A DNA stretch of 64,000 bases. It comes from Bacteroidota bacterium (lineage in GTDB: Bacteria; Bacteroidota; Bacteroidia; J057). This document shows positions 18,832 through 30,737 of the stretch, piece after piece; position 1 is the first letter of the stretch; the number at the start of each line of letters is the position of its first letter. The position numbers and the translations under genes are program-made. Under the pieces are notes generated by a model. That model ran no database searches. It saw only the letters and a program-made list of their open reading frames with translations, and was not told the DNA's origin. The DNA lies in the NCBI GenBank assembly GCA_039819665.1, contig JBCBRM010000035.1, positions 25,343 through 89,342 of the forward strand, in the 5' to 3' direction.

Positions 18832-19944
18832 TTAGCCTATCGGTAGCGGCATACCGATTCCTCTGTCTTTGCTCACGTCCTTTAGATCAGTTACAACGGC
18901 TTCCAACAGAGGAATTCCTTCACCTTCTCTTTTTGCTAATGCCTCTCTTTCAGGATCACCATGAATCAAGACTTTCTCCTGATCAGGAAGTGGAAGGGTA
19001 GCTCGCATTACCCGTATCCATTGATCCACTCTTCCTTTAAATTCTTCAGGATCGGTAAAGCTACCAATGTCCCAGGCTCCCATAAAATGTCCAATCCCTT
19101 TACCCACTTGTTCTTTCACATTTGGTATTCCTATGGCAAAAGTCGGAACAAAAGGACCCCAATTCGCCCCGCTCAATACTCCACACAATAAGTCAACCAT
19201 AGCAGCCAAGCCATAACCTTTATGTCCTCCTCTGATTTTTTCTGAGCCTAAAGGTGATAAAGCTGCTCCTTCCATAAAATCCATGGGATTCAAAGCCGAT
19301 TTTCCATCCGGTCGGATAGCCCAACCCTCGGGTAGGGCCTCCTGCTTACGCATTTGTATTTCTACTTTTCCAAAACTTACCGTACTCGTAGCAAAATCAA
19401 TGACGATGGGGGGTTCTTCTTTCCCCGGAAATCCTATGGCAATCGGATTGGTACCTAACATCCTTTCCGCACCATATAGAGGAGCTACAACCTTGGAAGT
19501 ATTGGTCATGGACATGCCGATCAACTCTTTTCCCAATCCTTGCTCCGCATAATAACCAGCTGCCCCATAATGATTGGAGTTTTGAATAGAAACCCAGCCG
19601 CTTCCGTGAGTTTGAGCTTTATCCATGGCGATTTCAAAACTTCGCGGAGCAATGACCAGTCCCATTCCATTGTCCCCGTCAATTCGGGCAACACTGGTTC
19701 GATCATTAAGCAGCTGCATCTTGGGCCTGGGATTAATAGATCCTTCTTTCAAATAATGGCAATAGGTTTTTAGTCGAGCGATTCCGTGAGAATCAATTCC
19801 CCTAAGGTCGCTATACATCAATACGTCTGCCGCCAGCAATGCGTCAGCTTCAGTCATACGAAAAGACTCAAAAACCTGAGTCATAAAATCCCGCAATACA
19901 TTTGCATCAAAGCGGTATTGGGTTTGAGTAGTAGTATCAGACAT
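18832..19944 (-). CDS. Ldh_2-family (malate/L-lactate/sulfolactate/2,3-diketogulonate type) NAD(P)H oxidoreductase
   Basis: 370-aa ORF with RGIDSHGIARL, SNHYGAAGYYA, GTNPIAIGFP and GGHKGYGLAMVDLL-type motifs characteristic of the Ldh_2 family. Confidence 0.85.
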   Translation of the reverse strand: MSDTTTQTQYRFDANVLRDFMTQVFESFRMTEADALLAADVLMYSDLRGIDSHGIARLKTYCHYLKEGSINPRPKMQLLNDRTSVARIDGDNGMGLVIAPRSFEIAMDKAQTHGSGWVSIQNSNHYGAAGYYAEQGLGKELIGMSMTNTSKVVAPLYGAERMLGTNPIAIGFPGKEEPPIVIDFATSTVSFGKVEIQMRKQEALPEGWAIRPDGKSALNPMDFMEGAALSPLGSEKIRGGHKGYGLAAMVDLLCGVLSGANWGPFVPTFAIGIPNVKEQVGKGIGHFMGAWDIGSFTDPEEFKGRVDQWIRVMRATLPLPDQEKVLIHGDPEREALAKREGEGIPLLEAVVTDLKDVSKDRGIGMPLPIG

Positions 19945-19953
19945 AAGATTGAT

Positions 19954-20736
19954 CTATTCCAACAGATCCGGATGGGCATGAACGATGTCCTGCCATATCG
20001 GCTGATAATTGAACCAACCCGCAATAGGGAATCCCAATTCATTGTCACGTGTACTTCTGGCAACTTCCGCAGAAATCGGATGAATTTCCGTTCCACTGGC
20101 CTCTGCCATCAACTGGGATTGACAGCACCTTTCCATACAAATAAACCACCAGGCTGCTTCTTCAACCGTATTTCCAACCGTAAGTAAGCCATGATTTTTG
20201 AGAATTGCCGCTTTCTTATCTTCCAAAGCTTTGGCTATTGCATCTCCTTCCCCCAGATCCAAAACTACTCCCTGATAATCATCATAGAGACCATGATCTT
20301 CGAAAAAGGCACAAGAATCTTGCGTAAGTGGATCCAACAATCGCCCTAGGGCTGAGAATGTTTTACCGTATATAGAATGAGAATGTGCTGCGGCTATTAC
20401 GTCTGGTCTGGCGTGATGAATGCGAGAATGGATGGCAAAAGCAGCTTGATTCAGCATTTGGTGTTTACCTTCTACAATCTTTCCCTCTTCATCTACCAAA
20501 ATCAGATCAGATACCTTGATTCGATTGAAAGAGATGCCAAAAGGATTAACCCAGAAATGATCCGTCAATTCCGGATCGCGAGCGGTGATATGTCCGGCAA
20601 CGCCTTCTGAAAAGCCAAATTTACCAAAAACCCGGAAAGCTCCGGCCAATTGTTGTTTGCGATGTTGTCTTTCTTCTTCTAAGGATCCAGTCTTGGGCAT
20701 CATGCCGACCAAATGGGGAGGATTTTTTACTGCCAT
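19954..20736 (-). CDS. class II aldolase/adducin-family protein
   Basis: 260-aa ORF with FSEGVAGHITARDP, metal-ligand region AAHSHSIYG, and ILKNHGLLTVGNTVEEA. Confidence 0.85.
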   Translation of the reverse strand: MAVKNPPHLVGMMPKTGSLEEERQHRKQQLAGAFRVFGKFGFSEGVAGHITARDPELTDHFWVNPFGISFNRIKVSDLILVDEEGKIVEGKHQMLNQAAFAIHSRIHHARPDVIAAAHSHSIYGKTFSALGRLLDPLTQDSCAFFEDHGLYDDYQGVVLDLGEGDAIAKALEDKKAAILKNHGLLTVGNTVEEAAWWFICMERCCQSQLMAEASGTEIHPISAEVARSTRDNELGFPIAGWFNYQPIWQDIVHAHPDLLE

Positions 20737-20822
20737 GGATGAGTAGATTAAGTGTCCTAATTCTGACTTTCATATTAGCAAAATTCGAAGCCATTCGGAA
20801 TTTTATTTTATCTTATTCCCCT

Positions 20823-21677
20823 ATGCAGGAATTTCTCAAGCGTCCCTTTCCATATCTGGATCCTATGCTTCACAGGGTCCTGTTGGCGCTCTTCTGTTCT
20901 GCATTTGCTGGCATCTTTCTCAATATTTTTGAACCCTTCAATCTGGATAGCTGGACCATCCTGAAAAGCTACAAAAGCCGCTTTCCTACGCTTCTTTTTT
21001 CTCTGACAGGTTTGCTCTTCCTGAGTTTTACCCAAATAGCTTTACGAAAACTTTTTCGAATTCAAACCTTTACCAGAGGAGGCTTTATAATTTGGTTTAC
21101 TGGCGAAATAATTCTTCTCAGCATTCTAAACCACATTCTTTTTGGAGATGCCCGGGAAGATCTCTCAGAAATGATGTATGAATTTAGTCTAACCTTTAAG
21201 TATACCTCTCTCGTCCTACTCATTCCTTATCTAACCAGTCTTCTCTATTTTTCTTCTAAAAACCAGAATGATTTTACAGAAGAAAAAGCTGAACTTCCCC
21301 CAAAAGATGACAAGCCGCAGATTCAGCAGGTACATTTCCAGACGGAAAATGAAAAAGAGGTTCTCTCAGTAAAGCTGGATCATCTTCTCTTTCTAAAATC
21401 CGAATCCAATTATGTAGCTATCTTCTACCTCTACAATGGCCAATTGAAAAAACGACTGATCCGTAACAGTTTAAAAAAGCTGGAACAAGAACTCAAACAT
21501 CCTTCCCTGATACGAGTGCATAGGTCGTACATGCTGAATATGCTCAATGCCGTTAGTGTGAATCGAAATCCAAAATCTTATCAGGTGCTGTTGGAAAAAG
21601 CAGATAAATATCCCATTCCGGTTTCCCCCACCTATATGAAGGAATTCGATGAAAGGCTTAAAGAATTGAATAACTAA
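20823..21677 (+). CDS. membrane-bound LytTR-domain DNA-binding protein (no receiver domain)
   Basis: From the Met at 20823: several N-terminal TM helices, then a C-terminal LytTR domain (LLFLKSESNYVAIFYLYNGQLKKRLIRNSLKKLEQELKHPSLIRVHRSYMLN). The ORF-track start at 20739 lies 3 nt from the divergent aldolase start and is unlikely. Confidence 0.75.
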   Translation: MQEFLKRPFPYLDPMLHRVLLALFCSAFAGIFLNIFEPFNLDSWTILKSYKSRFPTLLFSLTGLLFLSFTQIALRKLFRIQTFTRGGFIIWFTGEIILLSILNHILFGDAREDLSEMMYEFSLTFKYTSLVLLIPYLTSLLYFSSKNQNDFTEEKAELPPKDDKPQIQQVHFQTENEKEVLSVKLDHLLFLKSESNYVAIFYLYNGQLKKRLIRNSLKKLEQELKHPSLIRVHRSYMLNMLNAVSVNRNPKSYQVLLEKADKYPIPVSPTYMKEFDERLKELNN

Positions 21678-21776
21678 GGATTTCTCTTCTCCTTCGTCCC
21701 AGAATAGGCAGATTCATCCCTTTTAATGGATTATATCCCATACTGCCCTTATTTTAGAGGAAAAATCACCATTCCC

Positions 21777-23039
21777 ATGAATATAACTTCACTATTAAGC
21801 TCAATTTTTGCCTTACTTCTTCTGGCAGCTTGCAGCGGAACAGCCCAAAAGGCAGATTCCAAATTTGCCCACCAACTTAGCTTTGGACCCGGAGAAGAAG
21901 ATGCGATCCGGACAGCCTTGATTTCTTTAAAAGATAATACAGAGATCACCCTGAAAGCAGGGACTTATTCTTTTGAAAAACTCTCTATTCAAGGTAAACT
22001 CAAAAATATTTCTATCAAAGGCGCGGGACCTGAGCAAACTATCATTGATTTCGCAGGTCAGGAAAGTGGGGGAGAAGGTATGCGTGTTGATGATGTATAT
22101 GACTTCGAAATTGCGGATTTACAATTGAAAGAATCAGCAGGAGATTTATTGAAAGTCAAGGATAGTGAGAAAGTACGTTTTATCAATGTACATACCGTTT
22201 GGGCAGGAGAGCCTGAAATTACTAATGGTGGCTACGGGATTTATCCTGTTTTGTGCAAAGACGTTTTAATTGATGGCTGCTATGCAAGAGGAGCTTCTGA
22301 TGCGGGTATTTATGTTGGACAAACCCTAGGAGCCGTAGTTCGCAATTCCAAAGTGGAGTATTGTGTTGCGGGCATCGAAATAGAGAACACACAGGATGCA
22401 GAGGTTTACGGAAACGTCGCCAATAATAACACGGGCGGCCTGCTGGTATTTGACCATCCCGGTTTGAAATATCATGGAAAGAATATCAAGGTGTATGATA
22501 ATCACGTTTTCTCCAACAACTATCGCAACTTTGCCCCTGCAGCCAATAGCGCTACAGGCGTAGGCAACCTTCCTCCGGGAACCGGCATCATGGTATTGAG
22601 AACCTCAGACGTTGAAGTATACAACAATAAATTAGAGGACAACAATACTATGTCTGTGGGAATTTTGAGCTATATCTCGGTCGATCCCAACATCATGAAA
22701 AATGCCCCTGATTTCGATCCTATTCCCCGCAATATATATTTCCACAACAACCAGATCAGCAAGCAGGATGAATTTCCGGAAGCTGTCAAAGAGCATGAAT
22801 TGGCTTCTATTCTCGTTGGGCTGCATGGAGAATTGAAAAAATCAGGCATGTACGAAGCAGCCTCCCTCCCACATATCCTCTATGACGGAATCAGTCTGGC
22901 TGAAGGAGACAATCCCAATAACATTTGTATCCAGGAAGCCGAAGGTACTGGGTTCCTTAATATGGATATGGGTAATCAATCTCAAAACCTGAGTTTTGAT
23001 CCCGCTCCTTTCAACTGCGACGGAAAAACGAAAGCCTAG
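21777..23039 (+). CDS. parallel beta-helix repeat lipoprotein (partner of SO_2930-type dihaem cytochrome)
   Basis: The internal Met gives lipoprotein signal MNITSLLSSIFALLLLAAC. Pectate-lyase-like beta-helix rungs are visible (GIYVGQTLGAVVRNSKVEYCVAGIEIENTQDAEVYGNVANNNTGGLLVF; VYDNHVFSNN; VYNNKLEDNN). Ends 2 nt before the cytochrome gene. Confidence 0.7.
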   Translation: MNITSLLSSIFALLLLAACSGTAQKADSKFAHQLSFGPGEEDAIRTALISLKDNTEITLKAGTYSFEKLSIQGKLKNISIKGAGPEQTIIDFAGQESGGEGMRVDDVYDFEIADLQLKESAGDLLKVKDSEKVRFINVHTVWAGEPEITNGGYGIYPVLCKDVLIDGCYARGASDAGIYVGQTLGAVVRNSKVEYCVAGIEIENTQDAEVYGNVANNNTGGLLVFDHPGLKYHGKNIKVYDNHVFSNNYRNFAPAANSATGVGNLPPGTGIMVLRTSDVEVYNNKLEDNNTMSVGILSYISVDPNIMKNAPDFDPIPRNIYFHNNQISKQDEFPEAVKEHELASILVGLHGELKKSGMYEAASLPHILYDGISLAEGDNPNNICIQEAEGTGFLNMDMGNQSQNLSFDPAPFNCDGKTKA

Positions 23040-23041
23040 AC

Positions 23042-24091
23042 ATGAACATGAGATCAGTAAATATTTGCATAAGCGTATTTTGCTTGTTTTTTATAAGTTG
23101 TAGCGAGCAGAAAGTTAGTCAGGAAAGTTCTGATCCTTTCTTCGAGAAATTGTCAGAGCATAATTTTTTTGAGGGCGAATTAGCAGCCTTGATGCCTGCT
23201 GAGGGGGTACTGCCTTACGAACTCAATACTCCATTGTTTACTGATTATGCGCATAAGGAAAGATTTGTACAGGTACCTTCTGGTAAAGAGATTCAGATCG
23301 AAGGAGAAGAATTGATCTATCCGGAAGGGACCTATCTTATCAAAAACTTCTACTACTGGAATGACGAACAAAATAAAAATTTGGGGCGTCGTCTTATCGA
23401 AACCCGGGTGCTACATAAAACAACAGACGTTTGGGAAGTAGCCAATTATGAGTGGGATGCAGAACAACAGGAAGCGTACAGAAATATCCTGGGGGCGAAA
23501 AAAGAGGTCGCATGGACCGATACAAAAGGACAAGCTCGCAAAGTCTCTTATGTCATTCCAGACAATAATGATTGTAAGAGTTGCCATAAGAACAAAGGCA
23601 ATGTGAAGTACATCGGCCCTAAACTTCGTAATCTCAATAAAGTGATTGCCTATGCAGACGGGAGCATGAATCAATTGCAGAAATTTCAGCAAATGGCCTG
23701 GCTTCCTGCTTCTTTTTCCCTGAAAAATAGCCCCAGGCTCCCTGATTGGGCGGATGCTCATTATTCTTTAGGCGAAAGAGCGCGTGCCTATCTGGATGTA
23801 AATTGTGCGCATTGCCACTCTCAACATGGTCCCGCTAGTAATACGGCCCTCTTTCTTGAATACGAAGAAGAGGATCCTCACAGACTTGGAATCAATAAGG
23901 GCCCCGTCTCGGCAGCCCAGGGCTCAGGTAATTTGATGTACAATATCACCCCGGGAAAAGCAGACTCCTCTATTCTCGTTTATCGGATGAATTCTGTTGA
24001 AACAGGAGTAGCTATGCCTGAAATTGGTCGAAGTCTAATTCATGAAGAGGGAGTAGCCCTCATGCAAGACTGGATCAATAGTCTCAGGTAA
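23042..24091 (+). CDS. SO_2930-type dihaem c-type cytochrome lipoprotein
   Basis: 349-aa ORF. Lipobox FFISC and two CxxCH haem-binding motifs (CKSCH and CAHCH). C-terminal ...RMNSVETGVAMPEIGRSLIHEEGVALMQDWI is typical of this family from memory. Confidence 0.75.
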   Translation: MNMRSVNICISVFCLFFISCSEQKVSQESSDPFFEKLSEHNFFEGELAALMPAEGVLPYELNTPLFTDYAHKERFVQVPSGKEIQIEGEELIYPEGTYLIKNFYYWNDEQNKNLGRRLIETRVLHKTTDVWEVANYEWDAEQQEAYRNILGAKKEVAWTDTKGQARKVSYVIPDNNDCKSCHKNKGNVKYIGPKLRNLNKVIAYADGSMNQLQKFQQMAWLPASFSLKNSPRLPDWADAHYSLGERARAYLDVNCAHCHSQHGPASNTALFLEYEEEDPHRLGINKGPVSAAQGSGNLMYNITPGKADSSILVYRMNSVETGVAMPEIGRSLIHEEGVALMQDWINSLR

Positions 24092-24106
24092 ACCCATTAA
24101 TAATGA

Positions 24107-24130
24107 CACTTGGCGCATAAGTGCTTTTTT
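24107..24130 (+). terminator. weak hairpin + T6 after the cytochrome gene
   Basis: CACTT (24107-24111) / AAGTG (24119-24123) followed by C and TTTTTT (24125-24130). The stem is only 5 bp. Confidence 0.3.
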
Positions 24131-24234
24131 CATCAACATTCCTTAAATAATTTCGATATTAGTTGAGTGACAAACTCAATTTCCCCCTTTACGGCTCAGG
24201 AAATTTGAACAGAGATCTAATAAGGCTCCAGTAA

Positions 24235-27423
<3,189 letters not shown>

Positions 27424-27432
27424 TTGTAAAAA

Positions 27433-27738
27433 TCATCTCTTCAGGTTCTCCATTTCCTGAATTAACTGGATATTCACTTTTTCGATAGGATTCAATTCCT
27501 TTAAAATAGCCGCTTGAGTTATTCCACTTTCTTTATACCACTTCTGAGTTTGAAAATGTGATTGTAAATCAGGGGATTTGAAACGATAACCATGACGTGC
27601 AAAAATGCTATTTCGAAGGATGCGTAATTCAGCAGCGGAATATTTCTTTAGCATATCTTGCGTAAAAATCCTTTGATCCAGTTTTTCAAGCTCCTCTTTG
27701 CCATCAGGTCTTTCTTTTTCGAATGAGCTTAATCCCAT
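27433..27738 (-). CDS. YARHG-domain protein
   Basis: 101-aa ORF containing AELRILRNSIFARHGYRFKSPDLQSHF, the YARHG signature. Confidence 0.7.
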   Translation of the reverse strand: MGLSSFEKERPDGKEELEKLDQRIFTQDMLKKYSAAELRILRNSIFARHGYRFKSPDLQSHFQTQKWYKESGITQAAILKELNPIEKVNIQLIQEMENLKR

Positions 27739-28156
27739 ATCACTTAGGAAAAATCTTGATAATTAATTGCTTCTGATCTGAGGGCTTCATTTTCGAGCAT
27801 TTCTTTTTTGGGAAGGCTCTGCATCCTCAGCTCGATAATGCTGTCATTCAGGAAACTAATTTCTGAGCCTTCAAAGTATTCTGACATTTCATCCTGCTGA
27901 CAGAGCAAATTGAAAAGCTCCTGTTTTTGAATGTTATAGACCCTTTGGCAAAAGCCGAAAGGAGATTAATTGTATAAAGGTCTGAGGGATCTGTCAATTC
28001 GCAAACCACAGAAGTTATTTTCCCCTTTTTAATCACCCTTTCTCCCCTTATATACAATTCCTTTAGGCTTCCACATGTATTTGGGAAATCCTCTTTAACA
28101 TGAAGAGATATCGGTTTTTTATGCTTCGCACGATGAAGGTTTGATTTAATCAACAT

Positions 28157-28183
28157 AAAAAAACCGGGCACTTTTCAGTGCCC
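28157..28183 (-). terminator. rho-independent terminator after 28215..28682
   Basis: Minus-strand RNA reads GGGCAC-UGAAAA-GUGCCC-GG-UUUUUUU. Stem is 28166-28171 / 28178-28183; plus-strand A-run is 28157-28163. Confidence 0.7.
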
Positions 28184-28214
28184 AGTCCCCCTTTATTCAA
28201 TTAAGAATTAAATT

Positions 28215-28682
28215 TTACTCGATGTAGATATACTCAGCTTCCCATAATTTTGGACCCAATTCGCTGGTACAGGCATCACTACTACTCCCTACACATTTAC
28301 AGGAGGCATGCTGAGAAGGGCGCTTACACTGGCAACCTGATACCTGCCAGCAAGCGAAATATAACTTGGGTTTGTATTTAGGATAAAGCTTATTTTTTTC
28401 TCTCTTCACTTCTGAATAAAGGGTTCCTTTTTTTCCTTTGCCTACTACTTTACGAGCGAGGAAAAAAGTACCATCAATTTCATGGAAGAAAATATCAACG
28501 ACCCGGAGACCGCTATTTACTTGTTTTTTGATAAGGGATTTGTTGATGTTCGTATACATAAAGCCTTTGGCCGTTCTTTTAACAGTGGCCAATGCCTTAG
28601 GTTCTGTATCGAAACCAGACAATCCAAGCAGCATAATCAAGCCAATCAGGCTTGAAACAGAGATTTGCGTAAGTTTGTTCAT
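28215..28682 (-). CDS. secreted hypothetical protein with Cys-rich C-terminus
   Basis: 155-aa ORF. N-terminal hydrophobic signal/anchor ISVSSLIGLIMLLGLSG. C-terminal FACWQVSGCQCKRPSQHASCKCVGSSSDACTSE contains 6 Cys. Followed by a good terminator. Confidence 0.6.
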   Translation of the reverse strand: MNKLTQISVSSLIGLIMLLGLSGFDTEPKALATVKRTAKGFMYTNINKSLIKKQVNSGLRVVDIFFHEIDGTFFLARKVVGKGKKGTLYSEVKREKNKLYPKYKPKLYFACWQVSGCQCKRPSQHASCKCVGSSSDACTSELGPKLWEAEYIYIE

Positions 28683-28785
28683 TTCCAGGTGATTTAAAGA
28701 TTTTAGAATATCAATCTTGGCATCACTTGGTATCCAAGCTCAGAGAAAATGTAACTTCAGCCTTAAAATTTTTGGGAAGTGGGAC

Positions 28786-29577
28786 TTAGCTATTATTTCT
28801 CACAATGAAGGTAAAGCCATTTGATTGCCTCAGGCATTCCAGTTTGAAATACAGACGAGACATCTCTTTTGCCTCTGCATGACTTAAGCGTCTTTTTGCC
28901 CGAAGTCCTAAATAGGCAAGCCAGGATTTTACTTTGAAAGTCCCTCTGATCATCGCAGCAATCAAGCCTCTGAAGATTTTAAAGGGTAGGGGATAAAAGA
29001 TGACCATGAGGTGGTAATCTATCCCAAAACGACTTCCTCCCGCCACTTTCTCCAGGGTCATATTATTGATGTTGGAATAATGCTCAAGGGCCTTGAAAGA
29101 AAGATGGGAATAGGAAATCCCATGGAAGCACTCCATGAAAGCAACATAGCCTACAAATAATCCTCCAGGCTTTAGCACTCTGGCTACTTCGGCATATGCT
29201 TTGCCTACATCCGGAATATGCTCTAAGACCGCATCCATAATGGCGACATCAAAGCTATTATCTTCAAAAGGTAAATCTTCTGCATCTGCAATTACCGTCT
29301 GTGCTCCTCCTTCAAAGGGTTCTACCCCGATCCATTCTCCTCCGACTGATTCAACAAGCTTCTTATTCCTGCCATACCCACAACCAATATCTATCACCTT
29401 TTTATTCTTGCAAAGTACTTTTAGGTCATAAATGGGCTGATTGATAAAAATCTCACAATCCGGGGCTTGATCTTTCAATCCTAAAAATCTAACGCCTCTC
29501 CCGGGATCGGGATTTTCTCTATTCATTACAGGAGCTTGGGTTTCTTCGGCCATTACAGGTGTAGGGTTTTGACTCAT
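28786..29577 (-). CDS. class I SAM-dependent methyltransferase
   Basis: 263-aa ORF. Motif I VIDIGCGYGRN, acidic post-I GVEPF, FDVAIMDAVLEH, LKPGGLFV. Confidence 0.8.
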   Translation of the reverse strand: MSQNPTPVMAEETQAPVMNRENPDPGRGVRFLGLKDQAPDCEIFINQPIYDLKVLCKNKKVIDIGCGYGRNKKLVESVGGEWIGVEPFEGGAQTVIADAEDLPFEDNSFDVAIMDAVLEHIPDVGKAYAEVARVLKPGGLFVGYVAFMECFHGISYSHLSFKALEHYSNINNMTLEKVAGGSRFGIDYHLMVIFYPLPFKIFRGLIAAMIRGTFKVKSWLAYLGLRAKRRLSHAEAKEMSRLYFKLECLRQSNGFTFIVRNNS

Positions 29578-29755
29578 GTTTTGCTGGTAATTGCAATAAA
29601 AGGTTCAATATGGCAAATTATTCTTTTTGAGAGAACAATTAGGCCTATCTAGGTAAGAATTGAAGAGTATTTATCGAAAAAGCAAAGAAAATTAGCCCAG
29701 AATCAGCCTTTGGGGGGTTCCAAAGGAAATTGCAGGTGTAAGAAAGCTACTGTAA

Positions 29756-30652
29756 CTAACGATTCAACCACATAAGCATAGATCGAGTAACCATTTCTGG
29801 TGCATCATGCTGCACGAAATGACCAGCACCGGGGACAGTCACCAGCGTAAGGTCTTTCTCCAACCAATTCCAGGTATTATTCAATCCCCCTGGTAACAGT
29901 GCCCAATCATCCAGACCATGTATCATCAATACGGGACATTTGACCTTGGGCATAGGAGCGTCATTGCTTTGGTAAGGTTCTCTGGGATAATTAGCTTTGT
30001 AAATATTGAGCATACCCTCGAAACTTGATCGCTTGAAGGCTTCGATATAATATTTTTTAGACTCAGCATCATTTATCCATCCTGCCAAGCCTTCTGCAGT
30101 CAGTTCTTTATGGGCTCCTTCCTGTTGAAAATTTCTGGCATACTGGCTGTTTTTCTGTTGCTCTGGATTGGTTGCCAATTCATTTGCCATTCCTTTGGGG
30201 TGGGGGAGATTACAGATGATTAGTTTTTCCACTAAATCAGGCCGGTAAATGGCCAAAGACCAGGAAATAGCTCCGCCCCAATCGTGTCCAATGATGATCG
30301 CTTTATCTTTTCCTTCAGACCGGATTACTGCCTCGATATCTTTCATGAGGTTTATCATTTTATAAGCCTCGACCCCATCAGGTTTATCACTTTTGTTATA
30401 ACCCCTTAAATCTACTGCGACTACTTTATGGGTTTTGGAAAGGGCCTTCATTTGATTTCGCCAGCTGTACCAGAAGTCGGGAAAACCGTGGATCATCACT
30501 GCCAAGGGACCTTCTCCCATACTAACGTAGTGAATCTTTACTCCATTATTATCTGCATAATGATGTTTTACTTTATCCATTATGTCCACTTCCTGGGCGT
30601 GTATTAGGAAGAAAGAGAAGAAAAAAATCGAAAGTAGAAGAAGGTTTTTCAT
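29756..30652 (-). CDS. secreted alpha/beta hydrolase (epoxide hydrolase / haloalkane dehalogenase-like)
   Basis: 298-aa ORF. Signal peptide [33 protein letters not shown], nucleophile elbow GHDWGG, C-terminal GAGHFVQ. Confidence 0.8.
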   Translation of the reverse strand: MKNLLLLSIFFFSFFLIHAQEVDIMDKVKHHYADNNGVKIHYVSMGEGPLAVMIHGFPDFWYSWRNQMKALSKTHKVVAVDLRGYNKSDKPDGVEAYKMINLMKDIEAVIRSEGKDKAIIIGHDWGGAISWSLAIYRPDLVEKLIICNLPHPKGMANELATNPEQQKNSQYARNFQQEGAHKELTAEGLAGWINDAESKKYYIEAFKRSSFEGMLNIYKANYPREPYQSNDAPMPKVKCPVLMIHGLDDWALLPGGLNNTWNWLEKDLTLVTVPGAGHFVQHDAPEMVTRSMLMWLNR

Positions 30653-30662
30653 GAGCAGCCAA

Positions 30663-30719
30663 TAAAAAAAACGCTGATGTTCTGTTTAAATGTACAGAGA
30701 ATTCAAACAGAACACCAGC
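30663..30719 (-). terminator. strong rho-independent terminator directly after the MotB/OmpA-like gene
   Basis: Plus-strand arms GCTGATGTTCTGTTT (30673-30687) and AAACAGAACACCAGC (30705-30719) form a 15-bp stem with one G-U pair. The minus-strand transcript continues with G + U8 (plus-strand A-run 30664-30671). Confidence 0.75.
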
Positions 30720-30737
30720 TTCTTCATGCAAATGCAA

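Noticed and set aside
20739-20822. Upstream extension of the LytTR gene (ORF-track start at 20739). Similar extended starts occur at 21726, 8134, 10581, 36940 and 59149.
   Set aside because: The extensions abut or overlap neighbouring genes or lack signal-peptide logic. The internal Met codons give canonical lipoprotein, signal or family N-termini.
27848-28171. 107-aa minus-strand ORF
   Set aside because: Its start codon sits inside the terminator hairpin of the upstream gene. The sequence is low-complexity and Lys-rich, and it overlaps a more plausible short ORF in another frame. It is kept only as a note in the findings.
28786-29577. The class I SAM methyltransferase as the missing ArsM partner of ArsS
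   Set aside because: It lies more than 20 kb away on the opposite strand in an unrelated context. It shows only generic motif I and lacks an obvious conserved Cys triad as expected for arsenite methyltransferases.
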